From the NCBI RefSeq assembly GCF_009914755.1, contig NC_060944.1: DNA of 64,000 nt; one strand, 5' to 3'. The notes under the pieces are model-generated. The model was not told where the DNA came from. It made no database searches and saw nothing but the letters and a program-made list of their open reading frames with translations. Positions 25,981 through 39,308 of the stretch are shown here, one piece after another. How positions within the stretch are numbered: the first letter of the stretch is position 1; each line of letters opens with the position of its first letter. This DNA comes from the human T2T-CHM13v2.0 reference genome, Homo sapiens. The translations under genes were made by a program, and so were the position numbers.

Positions 25981-28962
25981 TTAAAGGCAGCTCTCTTTAA
26001 ATGGATGATGGGCATCCAGGAATTGATACCTTTTAGCTTAATGACAAAAGGTTTGGTTAGGAGCAACTCATAAAGTCCCTTTCACCTTAATTGGATGAAG
26101 TCCTTTGAAAGACATTGTTCCCAAAAGACAAAATCTCCTGGTTGAAGTCCGTGGCCCTTGAGTTTTTGGTCTCCCAGGAGCTCACTGTGGAAAGAGTCTT
26201 TTACTTAATTATAGTTTTTAGTTAGCTGCCTTATAAAGCCTCTACAATAGTAAAACATACCTCCTTTGAGTATCATAGATTCGCAATTTCCTAGAGACAA
26301 TTTTATAGGTCTGCCTGTTATAATTTCAAATGGATACAACTGGTGTTTATAAAAAGGGTCACTCTTAGGTTAAGCAAAACCAATAAAAGGGTCTTTGGCC
26401 AAAAATTGTTAAGACCTCAGTTAATTTTGCCAACTGAATTTTGATTGTTCCATTTTTTGTGTTCCACTAACCCATATGACTGGGGGTGATATGCACAATG
26501 GAAATGTTACAGAATGGGCCAGATTTTGATTGTTTATCCAGTAAAGTGAGTATCTCTGCTAGTTTGAAGTTCTAGGTTAAGTCCCCAAGTTGTAACATTT
26601 TTTTCTTAGAGAATTTGACTTACTGCTAAGGTTTTTGCTATTCTGCATGGATAGCTTCTACTCAAAGAGAAAACATGCAGGCAATCACTAGACTGTACTT
26701 GTATTCTTGTGAGGGTGATAGCTGAATAATATCTAGTTGTCATACCTCAAAAGGGCCTTCTTACAAAGGAGGATGACCTTAAGAACTATGTAAAGGTTTC
26801 CCTAAATTATGTTTTAGGCAGATGTGGCAGCGATTCATGTACCTTATGAGCAACAGTTGAAGATTTCCAATAATATTGTTTCAATCAACAATAATATTTC
26901 CAATAAACAACATTGCAATCATCTTATCGGGGCTCCTATGAATTAACCCATGCACATAAGCTAGGAAAGATGACAGTAACTTGGCTGTGAGTATGGGTAA
27001 ACCATTTGGTCTTTACCATAGCCCAGTCTCAGAGGAGTACATTTGCCCAATTTTCTTGTTCTGTTTTTGGAGCTTTGGATTGAGCTAATTGTTTATTAAA
27101 AAATCAAGTGCTTCCTTAAAAGCTAAAATGGGTTGATTTTCTTATTCAGATACATTTAGGGCAGCCCTTTCTCTTATACTATCTGCCAATTGATTTCCAT
27201 TGCTTTTTGGCTTTCTGGGATGCTTTACTTTGAATGGCCTGGAAGTTTGACAATGACTAATGATTTTGGCAACAGTATGGCTTCCAATATTTCTGAAACA
27301 AGGTGTCCATTTTTAATGAACTGATTGGAAAAGGCTAAAATACTCCTTGTTTTCATAGCATTCCAAAGTCACAAGCAACTCCAAAAGCGCGTCTGCTATC
27401 TGTATAAATATTAGCAGTTATTTCTTTTGCCAATCGACAGGCTCTAATTATATTGATTCTGCTTGTTGAGTCAAGTTTGTTCCTGAAAGATAAGCGCTTT
27501 CTATTTCTTCAGTCAAAAATGCTATAGCATAGCCTGCGTGAAAAATTCCAGATTCATCCTTTAAGTGAGAGCCATCTGTAAACCAAATAATATCAGTAAG
27601 GCAGGATTCTTACAGGTCAGTCCTAGAAGAGAGAAGCTGGTTGGTTAAGACTATGCAATCGTGTAACATTTCGTCTGAAAGCAGGAGTAGAAGTGTGGCA
27701 ATATTTAGATTATTACATCTGGAGGCAGTATTACGGAGAGCAGAAAGAAGAACATCATGAGAAGCCAGTATACTAAGTGAATAGTGTTGAGTGTGGTGTA
27801 AATTTAGAAGCACTTCCATAGAATGTGGAACATAGACAGTGAGGGGATATCTTATCACTATTTCTTTAGTTGCTTTTATTCATAAAGTAACAATTATTGC
27901 TTTCATGCAAAGTGGCAATTCTTTAGCCACAGCTTCAGTTGTTGACTATAGCTACAGTTCTATTTTGATCTCTGTGTTTTTGAGTCAAAATGCCTAAGGT
28001 ATTTCCCTGATTTTTCATGAACGATGAAAATGAAATATTCTAATTTGGATGTCCTAAGGCTGGGGCATCTATAAGACTTTTTAAAAATTTCTTTTGATGT
28101 CATCTGATTTTTTTCTGTCCATTCCAGGGCGTCTGGCTTGTCTTGTTTTAAAAGAGTTTATAAAGGTTAAGTTTTTAAGGAGAAGTTTAGAATCCAATTT
28201 CTGCCGTATTCTGCCAACACCAAAAACTTTCTCACTTGCTTCTTAGTTTTTAGGGTAGAGAAGACCAATATTCCTTTTATTCTACCCATATTAATAAAAA
28301 GGGCTTCCTCTGATATTAGGTGACATAAATATTTTACTTGTTTTTGATAGAACTTTAGTTTTTCCTTTGAAACTTGCATCACTTTAAAGCTAATTGTTGT
28401 AATTCCAACCTCTATGGAGGCTTTCCTATCCCCTGAGAAGTAAATTATCTACATACTGTATCAAGGTGGATTTCTTAGGAAAGTTGATATCTGATAGGTC
28501 TGCTTTTAATATTTGTAAAAAATAAGTTGGGCTCTCACTATATCCCTGAGGCATAACTTCCATGTGCAGTGTCTGTCTTTTCAAGTGAAAGCAAAGAGAA
28601 ATTGACCATCTTTATCCACAGGAGTGCTGAAGAATGCACTATCTAGGTCTATCACAGCAAAGAATTCACCTTCAGTTAGGATGGCAGTCAACAACATATA
28701 AAGGTTTGGTACCACTGGATTTTGAGGAATGGCTACATTATTACTTGCTCTCAGGTTCTGTACAAATCTCCACCTTCCACTATTTGGCTTTCTTATGGTG
28801 AGAATGGAAGTGTTACATGGGTTTGTACAATGAATAATCAAGCCTCCTTTTATGTAATTCAAAATTATGTTTTTTCCCTTCCAAGACCTCTGAGAGGGTA
28901 TTGCTTAAGGTTTGAAAGAGGTTCCGATGGACTTATTTACATTTTAATTGGTACTATTTTTA

Positions 28963-29082
28963 TTTTTTGTAAAAACAGGAGCTTGCTTTGTTTGCTGGTC
29001 TCAAGCTCTTGGCCTCAAGCGATCCTCCCACTTTGGCCTCCCAAAATGCTGGGAATACAGGCATGAGCCACCACACCTAGTC
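28963..29082 (-). mobile_element. FLAM / free left Alu monomer in pol
   Basis: Single monomer flanked by ta(at/tc)(t/a)ggtactattttta at 28945-28962 and 29083-29100. Confidence 0.8.
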
Positions 29083-30098
29083 TATCAGGTACTATTTTTA
29101 ACAGCCCTTGTCATTCTTCTAAAACAATTTAGTTTCCTCCATGGCAATATGAATTGCAATTTGTGAATTGGAAGAATCAGATTTCAAAATTTTTTTGAAC
29201 CTAATAATTCTATTTTATCTTTTAATTCTGGATACATTTCCCCCCTTTTGAAAGAGAGAGATGTGGGTATTTATTTGTAAAATTCTTAAAAGTCTTCATC
29301 TATCAAGTGGATGGGGAATGAGGAAACCAAGAGGGAAACATATGTTTAGGAGATCTAACTGAAAAACTATAGTTTGAGATTTTTGTGTAGATATAGGGGT
29401 ATTTCTTAAACCTACCACTTGTATGGCTTTTTCACTCCAAGGAATGGGACCTTGTATAAGGTGGGATTTATCACTGATAATGTAGCTTCAGTATTAAAAA
29501 GAGCTGATGTTAGTTCTTCATTTAAATTAATTTCAATTTTCCCATGGTATTACTGAGGATAAAAGAGAAAGTCCCTTTGATTTCCTTGGATCATTCCTAT
29601 TCTTCTCTTCCTTTGACCTGTTGCTGTTCTATTTAAAATTTCTATAATCCTTTTGAAATGTTCAGGCTTTTTTTTTCAGTATTTGGAAAATGAGGGATTA
29701 GGTCAGCTTTGGAACTTATTAGGCTGTTTAGGGGTTAAAAATTTGTTGGATTATTGTTTTAGTCATAAACTCATGATCTTATTTGCTTCTTCTTTCTGTT
29801 TAACTTCCCCTTTCTTTCCTTCCTTACTTAGGGTACAGGGTATTTGATCAGCAAAATTAACTAGATCATGAGTTTGAGAAGTAGCCCAATGAGTGATGTC
29901 TCTATTATAGTGGCCAATTCTTCATGTAATCCATTTATGAGTGCATCATTTTGATGGTTAGCATAAATTTCTTCTGATAGACCCAAATATTGTTTAAACG
30001 TTGTTTTCAAATATTTTCTAGTATGATATTACTGACTCATCAAGATTTTGTCAACATTGTTGTGTTTTGTTCCAATCAACTACTCTTTGGAAAATTAA

Positions 30099-30237
30099 CC
30101 CATTATGCTGGAGATTGCAATTTTTCAAATGTTTGCATGAGTGAGAAATCAGACCTTGGCAATGACCTTGAGCAATAGGATATAAAAAACTCCCACATCC
30201 CTAACGTTCCAATAATGGAACACTAGGCATAAGGGGG
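30099..30237 (-). mobile_element. MER85 piggyBac MITE
   Basis: Minus strand reads ccccc-ttatgcctagtgttccattattggaacg...gctcaaggtcattgccaaggtctgatt...gcataatggg; ~139 bp; flanked by TTAA (30095-30098) and TCAA (30238-30241). Confidence 0.9.
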
Positions 30238-30504
30238 TCAAGGGGATAATGTGTAGTGAAGTTTTGGCAGCCTTGCAGGTGCATTTACTGCCTGCTTCAG
30301 AAAATTCACATAAGTCCTCTAAAGGATTCCTCCAATTTTCCTTTGCTATCCAGTCCTTGGCTTTACTTTATGACACTAACATGTGAACCAATTGATATAA
30401 ATCAGAGAATCTGGGGCCATAAGTTCAAGTGTTTAATTCACATTCTCCAGAAAATTCCTTAGGGTCTGGAAGAGAATCTGAGAATTCTTTAATTATTCCT
30501 TTAA

Positions 30505-31356
30505 CAACAACAACAACAACAACAAACCATTAAAAAGTAGGCAAAGAACATCAACAGACATTTCTCAAAAGAAGACATTCAAATGGCCAATAAACATATA
30601 AAAAATCCTGCAACATCACTCATCATCAGAGAGATGCAAATCAAAACCACAATGAGATACCATTTCACATCAGTCGGAATGGCTATTGTTAACAAGTCAA
30701 AAAACAACAGATGTTGGCAAGGTTGTGGAGAAAAGGGAACATATATATACTGTTGGTGGGAATGTAAATTAGTTCAGCCACTGTGGAAAGCAGTTTAGAG
30801 ATTTCTTAAAGAAGTACCATTTGATGAAACAATCCCATGGTGGAGTATATATCCAAAGAAAAATAAACCATTCAACCAAAAAGACAGCTGTGCTCTTATG
30901 CTTATTGCAGCACTATTCACAACAGCGAAGACATGGAATCAACCTGAGTGCTCATTATCAGTGGACTGGATAAAGAAAATGTGGTACATATACACAATGG
31001 AATACTATGCAGCCACAAAAAGAATAAAATTATGTCCTTTGTAGCAACATAGATGGAGCTGGAGGCCATTATCCCAAGTGAATTAATGCAGAAACAGAAA
31101 ACCAAATACCTCATGTTCTCACGTTTAAGTGGGAGTTAAACACTGGATACACACAGACATAAAGATGGGAACGACAGACACTGGGGACACCAAAAGTGGG
31201 CAGTGAAGGAGGGGGTAAGGGCTAAAAAGCTACCTATTGGGTACTATGCTCACTATTTTGCTGATGGGATCAATAGAAGCCCAAGCCTTAGCATCATGCA
31301 ACATACCCATGCAACAAACCTGCACATGTGCCCCCAAGTCTAAAACAACAACGACA
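30505..31356 (+). mobile_element. 5'-truncated L1PA15/16-like 3' end within gag
   Basis: ORF2 C-terminus (ORF 30583-30798) and 3'UTR; TSD aattattcctttaa / aaatatgcctttaa at 30491-30504 and 31357-31370. Confidence 0.88.
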
Positions 31357-31600
31357 AAATATGCCTTTAAGTTCTACTTTTGACAGTGGTTGGTAAACCA
31401 AGGCAGATTCTCCCTACTCGACACAGAGTATTCCTGAAATACAGCCAGAACAGCAGAAGGAAGAAAAGGAGGAGGGAAGGTAAGTCTGGACAAGGAAAAG
31501 ACAAGAGGAGCTGAAGAAGGGGAGAGATTTTAGGCAGTCTTTTTAAATTCAGAAACAGTTTTAGACAATCTTTCATGTTCTTCTTGCAAAGAAATGAGTT

Positions 31601-31935
31601 CTGTTTTTTGTTTGTTTGTTTGTTTTTGTTTTTTTTTTGTTTTTTTTTTTTTTTTAGACAGGTTCTCATTCTGTTGTCCAGGCTGAAGTGCAATTGCACA
31701 ACCACAGTTTACTGCAGACTTGACCTCCTGGGATTAAGCAATCCTCCCACTTCAGCCTCCCAAGTAGTTGGGACTGCAGGCACATACCATCACACTCAGC
31801 TAAGTTTTTAAATTTTTTGTAGAGATGAGGTCCCACTGTGTTGCCCAGCTGGTCTCAAACTTCTAGGGTAAAGTGATCATCCACCTCGGTCTCCCAAAGT
31901 GCTGGGATTACAGGCTTGAGCCACCATGCCCAGCC
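31601..31935 (-). mobile_element. AluJ within gag
   Basis: Diverged antisense Alu; TSD aagaaatga(g/c)tt. Confidence 0.9.
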
Positions 31936-33128
31936 AAGAAATGACTTTATCAGAACCTCTTTTAGAAGTTTCCAAGTCCCATTTAAATAGTTTTCTCTTC
32001 CAGTAATCACCTACGAAGCAGGACAAGAAAAAAATAAATAAAAATAAAATAGCTCTCCAAGTTATTTTGTTTCATTTTAGAGCTGGCCTTTTCTATTTGA
32101 GTGTAAAGGTAAATTAGGTATTCAAAGGTACCCCCTTTTAATCATTGTAATTTGGGGTCATCATGAATTATGTGAGACCATTTAAAAATATATTTGCATG
32201 TATGAAACACAAATCTAGCTGGTGTTTCCACAGGTGGATCTTTTCTGGAGGAAGAAGACATGCTTTTAGAAGCATAATTGCTCATAATTTAGACTCTTCT
32301 TTTGAATTACCAAAATGACCTCGGGGGTATGTCTTGAATCGAGTGTGATGCTTGTGAGAATAGCTCCTCAAGGGGCCATCCTTGAGTCAGTTCTTTCCTT
32401 TTACATGTCTTGGTGGTTCCAAGAGACTTGGGTGCTTAAGGCACCAGGTGCTCAACCTTTTTGTGTGCCCACTGGATTAAGCAAGGTTCCCTGCATATTC
32501 TTCCTAAGGGATTCTCCGTGAGAACATTTTACATTGAAAGCAATAAACTCCCATAGTTCCAGGAGATTTTAGTCACCTAAGGTGCCTTTTGGTCAGGAGA
32601 AAGTGTCTCTTATCTTCTAGGCTCATAGCCTTTTACTATTTTGATCACTCAAAAATTTGTCAATTGAACCAAGCTTTAGAATCTGGCCAGTTTTAAAGAT
32701 TAAATTTTTTTTTTTGCTTAAGTCACAAAGATTCATTTCTACTTTTCAAAGAGAAACTGTTTTTTCCCTGACTATGATTTGGAATGAGAGAAATGGTTGA
32801 AAAACTCTAAGGAGTAATTTCAAACAAAATTTTAATTTCAGAGAAAAGTGAAAGTTACAAATCCACAATTAGCAGACTTTTTAGAGAATAAAAAATGAAG
32901 CTTCTACTTTGCAGTAGAACTTCAATTTCAACCCCACTAAGTTAGAAATGTGTGTAGCTCAAATAAAGTCTGTATCTTCAACCAAGGCCAGGAGAATTCA
33001 CACCTGAGAGGGCCTTACCAGAGATTTGTTTTGACTCTGGTGAAGTCAGATGAACAAAGGTTGGTCATCCTGGTACCAAGGCTTCAGTTGTCAGTGAAGT
33101 GACGGGGGTTGCTGGAGGGCTGATTCAG

Positions 33129-33146
33129 ATCCCTTCATGGTTGCCA
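33129..33146 (-). promoter_or_regulatory. Primer-binding site, tRNA-Arg type
   Basis: Minus strand TGGCAACCATGAAGGGAT, 3 nt after the 5' LTR; differs from the Arg PBS TGGCGACCACGAAGGGAC by three transitions, two at CpG. Confidence 0.8.
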
Positions 33147-33149
33147 AAA

Positions 33150-33603
33150 TGTCAACCTTAAATAACAAGACTCAGAAAATGTGGTTCATTGTAGAGTTTA
33201 TTCTAGTGCAAAGCTTGAGGATGGCCAGCCAGAAACACAGACTCCAAATGAATGGAGCCAGTGTTCCTAAGTGGAGAAGTTACGGCTTCATTTATATGGG
33301 CAGAGACAGAAATTTTAGCAGCATTACATCTTCCATAAAAGACCAGTGTGTAAGCCATGGTGATTTGATTGGTTACAGATTGCTACATTCCAAGGAGATT
33401 ACTTTATTACTCTGTGAGGGGAGAAAAATGGTCTGAAGGAGTCTCATCTCTGGTGCCATTTAGTCTTAATTATTTACAGAAAAAAAAAAGACAGAAGTAG
33501 TAGCTGCATGTCACATGACTCAGGTCACATAGCAACATTATTCTCAAGGCTTAGAATAATTTAAAGTTTCAGCAGCTTTAAGTTTGAATTATTTAATTTC
33601 ACA
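33150..33603 (-). repeat. 5' LTR of the provirus
   Basis: Same termini as the 21993 LTR; alignable along its whole length. Confidence 0.92.
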
Positions 33604-33789
33604 TACCCATTCTGTTAAAAAGTAATTTTGATTCTTTAGACTCCTTAGTCTTTTGTGACTAAGGAGTGCTGGTGGTGTGATTAAGGACCATTATTCGGGT
33701 CAACTCATTTTAATTCATACGACAGGGACTTTCCTAAACTTAGGAAGAGGGCAGAGACATTGACTAGCCAGAACAAAAGAACAAATGTT

Positions 33790-33945
33790 CACATTTGTAA
33801 ACAGAGATGTAAGCTCCACACGCTTCAGTTTACTCATAAAGTGGAACTACCAATAGCACCTACATTTCAAGGGTATGTTGAAAATGAAATGACCTAAAGC
33901 CTAGAAAGCAGTTAGCTGAGTGCCACATACTCAAAGTGCTCAAGG
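33790..33945 (+). mobile_element. MIR fragment
   Basis: 'cttcagtttactcataaagtggaactaccaatagcacctac...aaagtgctcaa'. Confidence 0.5.
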
Positions 33946-34539
33946 TAATCTAAATAGGTATCTTATCTTTAAGATGAAAATAACCCAACTGAAATGTATA
34001 GGAGCTGTAGATGGTTGAATTCATCAAGAACAATTCATCAAGAATTCTTAAATCTCATACACATCTTAGCTACCTTCACATGTTAAATTTTCATAAGGTC
34101 CTTAATAAATTAGAGTTGAATTTAATTATTTTTTAAGTATTCTGTTAAAATGAAGAATAAGACCATCTCTTCCATTAAATGTCTTATCCCAAAGGGGTGA
34201 TAATTAATACAAAAAGTAGAATCTGACTGGGTGCTCATACATGCAGAGTACAGAAGAAGAATGAATCAGCTTGGGTTGGGATGGTGGAAAAGGTGTTAGT
34301 GACAAGCTCATCCTTAAGCTGACTCCTGTATCTAACACTGTGGGAATTTGGAGATACTGATTTTTAAGGTGGAGGGGAATTGATAATTTAGTGGTGTGTG
34401 TATAAGGTGTGTGTTTATAATTTAAGGTGTGTATAAGGGATTTATAACTTAGAAGTTGAAAAGGAAGCCTGAGAATGTCAGCAGTTCACCTGTTGGTCTT
34501 CTGCATACATTCTGGTTAATCCTAGGCTGACTAGGCTGA

Positions 34540-34914
<375 letters not shown>

Positions 34915-35619
34915 TAATGTTTAATTTGATTGGTATGACTTCAGGGCTACCATTTGTCTCATCTATTTTTCCTTTCCCTTCAAAAGGTTTTTTTTGGTAA
35001 TATTTAGAATTGTGATGTAATTTTCTCTTGCTCTATCTAATATTCTAGTTACTTCTGTTCTTATTTTACCCCCCATTTTCCTTGAAGGCAAGAATACTCA
35101 TGAACCTGCTGAAATGTGGTAACAGTCTTGCCCATGTTTGATGCTAAATAAGAATTTTTTGGTTATAGGAGAATAATTTATTACTGCCTTTTTTTTTGTT
35201 AGCTGATTTCTCTCCTTTGTGCTATTTCCAGAATTTGCACCTCTACTTATTTTGCTGTTTTATTCTATCACTTCCTAATCCAGAGCTTTGCTAACAAGAT
35301 TCCCAGCTGCTTTAAAAAATGCTTTGAGTAAATGCCAGAAGGTACAAGTGGCATTTACTCAGAAAATATTTTTAGAGCAGCTGATGGTGTTTACAGTTAG
35401 AGTGATAATTGAAGGCATCATTTTCAATTCAGAAGCAAGTAAACAAAAGGGTCTTCTCAGCTTGAAATGTGTTGTCTTTTTAAAACATTTGTCTAGCCTG
35501 GAGGAGAACAGCAGTATTAACATATTCTCACTCTCCACCTTCTACTTGACACCATCAGCCACATTCTTACCTAGAAGAAAAGCACATAGTCAAACAGTTT
35601 GAATTTAATTTGCTTTTCT

Positions 35620-38600
35620 GTTGATTTTTTTAATTAAAAAACGTTCTTAGTAGGTAACATATGTGCATGGAACAAACACAAAAAGTGAAAGATACTACAC
35701 AGGGAATAGGAAAACTATTTTCTACCCTGTCTTCTAGCAATCTAGTTTCTTTCCCCCGAGATAACCACTATTAGTGAATTCTTATATAGTCTTTCAGCTA
35801 AATTTTAAATATACACACATATGCATGGAGTACATATTTTACCCAGATGGCACACACCATCATGCATCTTGCTTCTTGTCAGTTAACAAGAAGAGTTGGA
35901 GAGCCTATTACATCTTTATATGCAGACCTGGTTTATCTTTGCAATGCTGGTGCAATCTTTTATCATGCAGATAAATTCTCATTTATTGGATGTATCTTTA
36001 CTGATAAACATTTATGTTGTTTTACAATCACAAGTAATGCTGCAATTCATAGCCTTGCACACATGTCATTTTGCATATCTATAAAATATTTAAAGATGCA
36101 TTTTATCATTTATTTCTGAGTCAATGGCATGTACCTTTTTAGTTTTAACAGACAGAGCTGACACACCCTCACTAGGTACTGTACTCCTTTGCATGCCCAT
36201 TAGCAGACCTGTTTCTACATACTTCCTGCAAACTTGTTATCAAACTTACTGACTTTACCAATCTGATAAATGAAAAAAAATGAATTTCATTGTAGGTTAA
36301 TTTTTTTTGTTATTGAGAATGAGATTGAACATTATTCATATGCTTAAGATTTCCTACCCTTTTTGCTCACATTCTTTCTCCATTTTTATATGTTATTACT
36401 CCTTTATCAACTTGATATGTAGTAATCAAGAAAATGAGTTCTATCTGTAATATGTGCTGCCATTTTATTCATAGATGATAATTTGCATTTTGACTTTTTT
36501 TTTTCTTTTTTGAAATAGGGTCTCACTCTGTTACCCAGGCTGGAGTGTGCTGGCACCATCTTGGCTCACAGCAGCCTCAACTCCTGGGCTCAAGTGATCC
36601 TTCCACCTCGACCTCCTAAGTAGCTGGGACTACAGGTGCACACCACCATGCCTGGCTAATTTTTGTTTTCGTTTTGTTTTTTGTAGAGATGGGGTTTTGC
36701 CACGTTGCCCAAGCTTGTCTCAGACTCCAGGACTCAAGCAATCCATCTCCCTTGGCCTCCCTAAGTGCTGGGATTACAGGCATGACCACTCAACCCAGCC
36801 TCATTGGGACTTTTTAAAGAATATTTTTGTGTTGCTGAAATTATGATTTTTTTTGTGATCTTTTATCTTCCGTCTCTCTTTTTCCTGCCTCTATCCTTCC
36901 CTTCTTACCCTAACACTCTCTTCCTCTCTCCATTCCTTCTCTTCTTTATGTCTTCGTGCTTAAAAAGACTTCCTTCATTTCAAGATTATGAAAAATCATG
37001 TTTTAGTTTAGTGCTTTTGGGGCTTTGTTTCTACATTTATATTTTTTATTTTTCCAAAATTTATTTAGCACAGGCAGAGACGCAGATATATATCTTTCTC
37101 CAGAAGCCACTTAGTTGTTTCTGCATCACTCAATGGATAATTCATCTCCCCCGCTGATATGCAGAATTGTCTTTGTCATATACCAGCTGCCAGTAAAATT
37201 TGGGTTTACTTTGTAACGCTTTTTTTCTGTTTCACTGGGTTTCTGTATTTGAGGGCTTTTATTATACCTAAAAAATATCTTGTAATACCTGGTTTAAACA
37301 GTTCTTCATTCATATGCTAGTAATTTTTGCTTGTTTATTTTTTCATAAAATTTAGAATGTTTTAAATAATTAAGAATTCATTCTGTTAAAGAAATTCTAT
37401 TATATATAAAATTTGCTTTGAAAATTTATTTCTTATATTTTTGAATTAATTTATTTTAACTTTATTCATTCAATTCCTTCATATTTCCTTAGTATTAGTA
37501 TTCCTATTTCAATGAATTAAAAAATGTTACTTATCCTTTCTACCTCAAAAGAAGGTGTGCATTTTTTTCATATTCTTAAGTAACATTTTAATATTCTCTT
37601 CATATACATGTTGTACGTTTGTTGTTTATTTCTATCCACTATTTCTTCTATACTCAACATATATTACTGCTTTAACTGGGATCATTTCTTCCTCATAACT
37701 TCTGTTTTGGTGTTATTTATGTAGGAGTAGAGTATTTTTGCATATTTTGTCCCCAGGCAGTTTCTTAATTCTGGTTCTAATAGTTTTCCAGTTTATTCTC
37801 TTGGGTTTTCCAAGTATACAGATCATATCATATACAATCCATAATAATTTCACCACCTTCTCTCCAATTTAAAAATATTTATTACTTCCTCTTGCCTAAA
37901 TGCAATAGCTAGGCCCCCCAAAACAGGGTTAAATAACAGCAGTGGTTGTGGACATCTTTGCCTTGTCACACATTTCTTACTTTCCCATCAATCAGGAGGT
38001 TTCTATGTTTGTATGAGATAGATAATCATATTAAGAAGGTAGTCTTCTAATCTTAGTTAATTAGGAGGCTGTTTGCTTGTTAATAAGAATAAATATTGAA
38101 CTTTATTAAATGCTTTTCACTGTCAGAGACAGTCATATTTTCTAGTCATTTCTATTAATATGTTGGAACGTAATGATAAATCTCCTAATATTGAAACAAC
38201 CTTGAATTCCTAGAGTAAACACTACTTATCCTTGTGGTGTTGCTATTTAAATGTGCTGCCAGTTTCAATTTGGTAATATTATATTAGGATTTATGCATTG
38301 GGTTTTGGCACTGTTCCTTGTAAGAATTTAGAATGTTCTCTGCTTTTTCAGTGACTTGAAATAGTTTACATACATGTTGAGCTATCTACTCTTGAATGGT
38401 TTGGTAGAATTCTTCTGTGAATAGACCAGAGCCTTGAACTTTTTGGGGGGAACATAATTCTTTGACGTTTTTCTCAATTGTTTCTATAGTGCTTAGTCTG
38501 GTTGCATTTTTTACTCTTCTAGGGTCACTTTTGACAACTCATATTTTTTAGAGATGCATCAGTTTCATATACATTTTGCGACTGAACAAAGTAATCACTT

Positions 38601-38840
38601 ATGATTCTTTATATTTCCTTTAATTTGTATTATTTACCTACTCTTGTTATTTTGAATATTTGTACGTTCTCATTTTCATTCTGGATAGGGTTAGCTAATA
38701 GTTTATCTATTTTATTATGTTCTTCTCCAAAAGAAAATTTGCTTTTAAAATTTACTTATTTATGTGTTATATTTTTGAATTAATTTGTTTATTTTAATTT
38801 TATTAATTCAATTCCTTCATTCTTATTTCCTTAGTACTAG
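35620..38840 (-). mobile_element. Ancient L1ME-like element, highly decayed
   Basis: Long T-rich antisense L1-like tract, e.g. 'ttaaataacagcagtggttgtggacatctttgccttgt', 'tttggtagaattcttctgtgaa'. Confidence 0.65.
36495..36800 (-). mobile_element. AluJ
   Basis: Diverged antisense Alu. Confidence 0.9.
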
Positions 38841-38864
38841 GTTTTTTCTTTTTTTAAATAATGC

Positions 38865-39260
38865 TCAACTTTATTTATTTATTTATTTATTTATTTATTT
38901 CAATAGGTTTTTGGGGAACAGGTGTTTTTTGGTTACCCGGAAAAGTTCTTTAGTGGTGATTTTTGAGATTTTGGTGCATACATCACCTGAGCAGTGTACA
39001 TTGTACCCAATGTGTAGTCTTTTATCCTTTACCCTCCTGCCATCCTTCCCCCGAGTCCCCAGAGTCCATTGTATTATTCTTATCCCTTTGCATCCTCATA
39101 GCTTTGCTCTCACTTGGAAGTGAGAACATATGATGTTGGGTTTTCCATTTCTGAGTTACTTCACTTAGAATAATGATCTCCAACTCCATCCAGGTTGCTG
39201 CGAATGCCATTATTTTATTCCCTTTTATGGCTGAGTAGTATTCCATGGTATATGTGTGTG

Positions 39261-39308
<48 letters not shown>

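Larger units (their letters stand above)
25690..29560 (-). pseudogene. ERV pro-pol remnant
   Basis: Protease-like LFNTEATLSVINP (~29466-29500); RT 'WRFVQNLRA', 'VIDLDSAFFS', VMPQGYSESPTYF (~28524-28557), YVDN (28444-28455); RNase H WFTDGS (~27561-27594); integrase Zn-finger CHIC (~26815-26840). Confidence 0.88.
29570..32285 (-). pseudogene. ERV gag remnant
   Basis: ATG at 32285 giving MSNYASK..., PPVETPARF downstream, and 'FSDLYQLVHMLV' at ~30375-30415; position between PBS and pro; interrupted by L1, Alu and MER85. Confidence 0.65.

Noticed and set aside
30140-30240. snoRNA-like insert in gag
   Set aside because: Fully explained as MER85 with TIRs and TTAA flank
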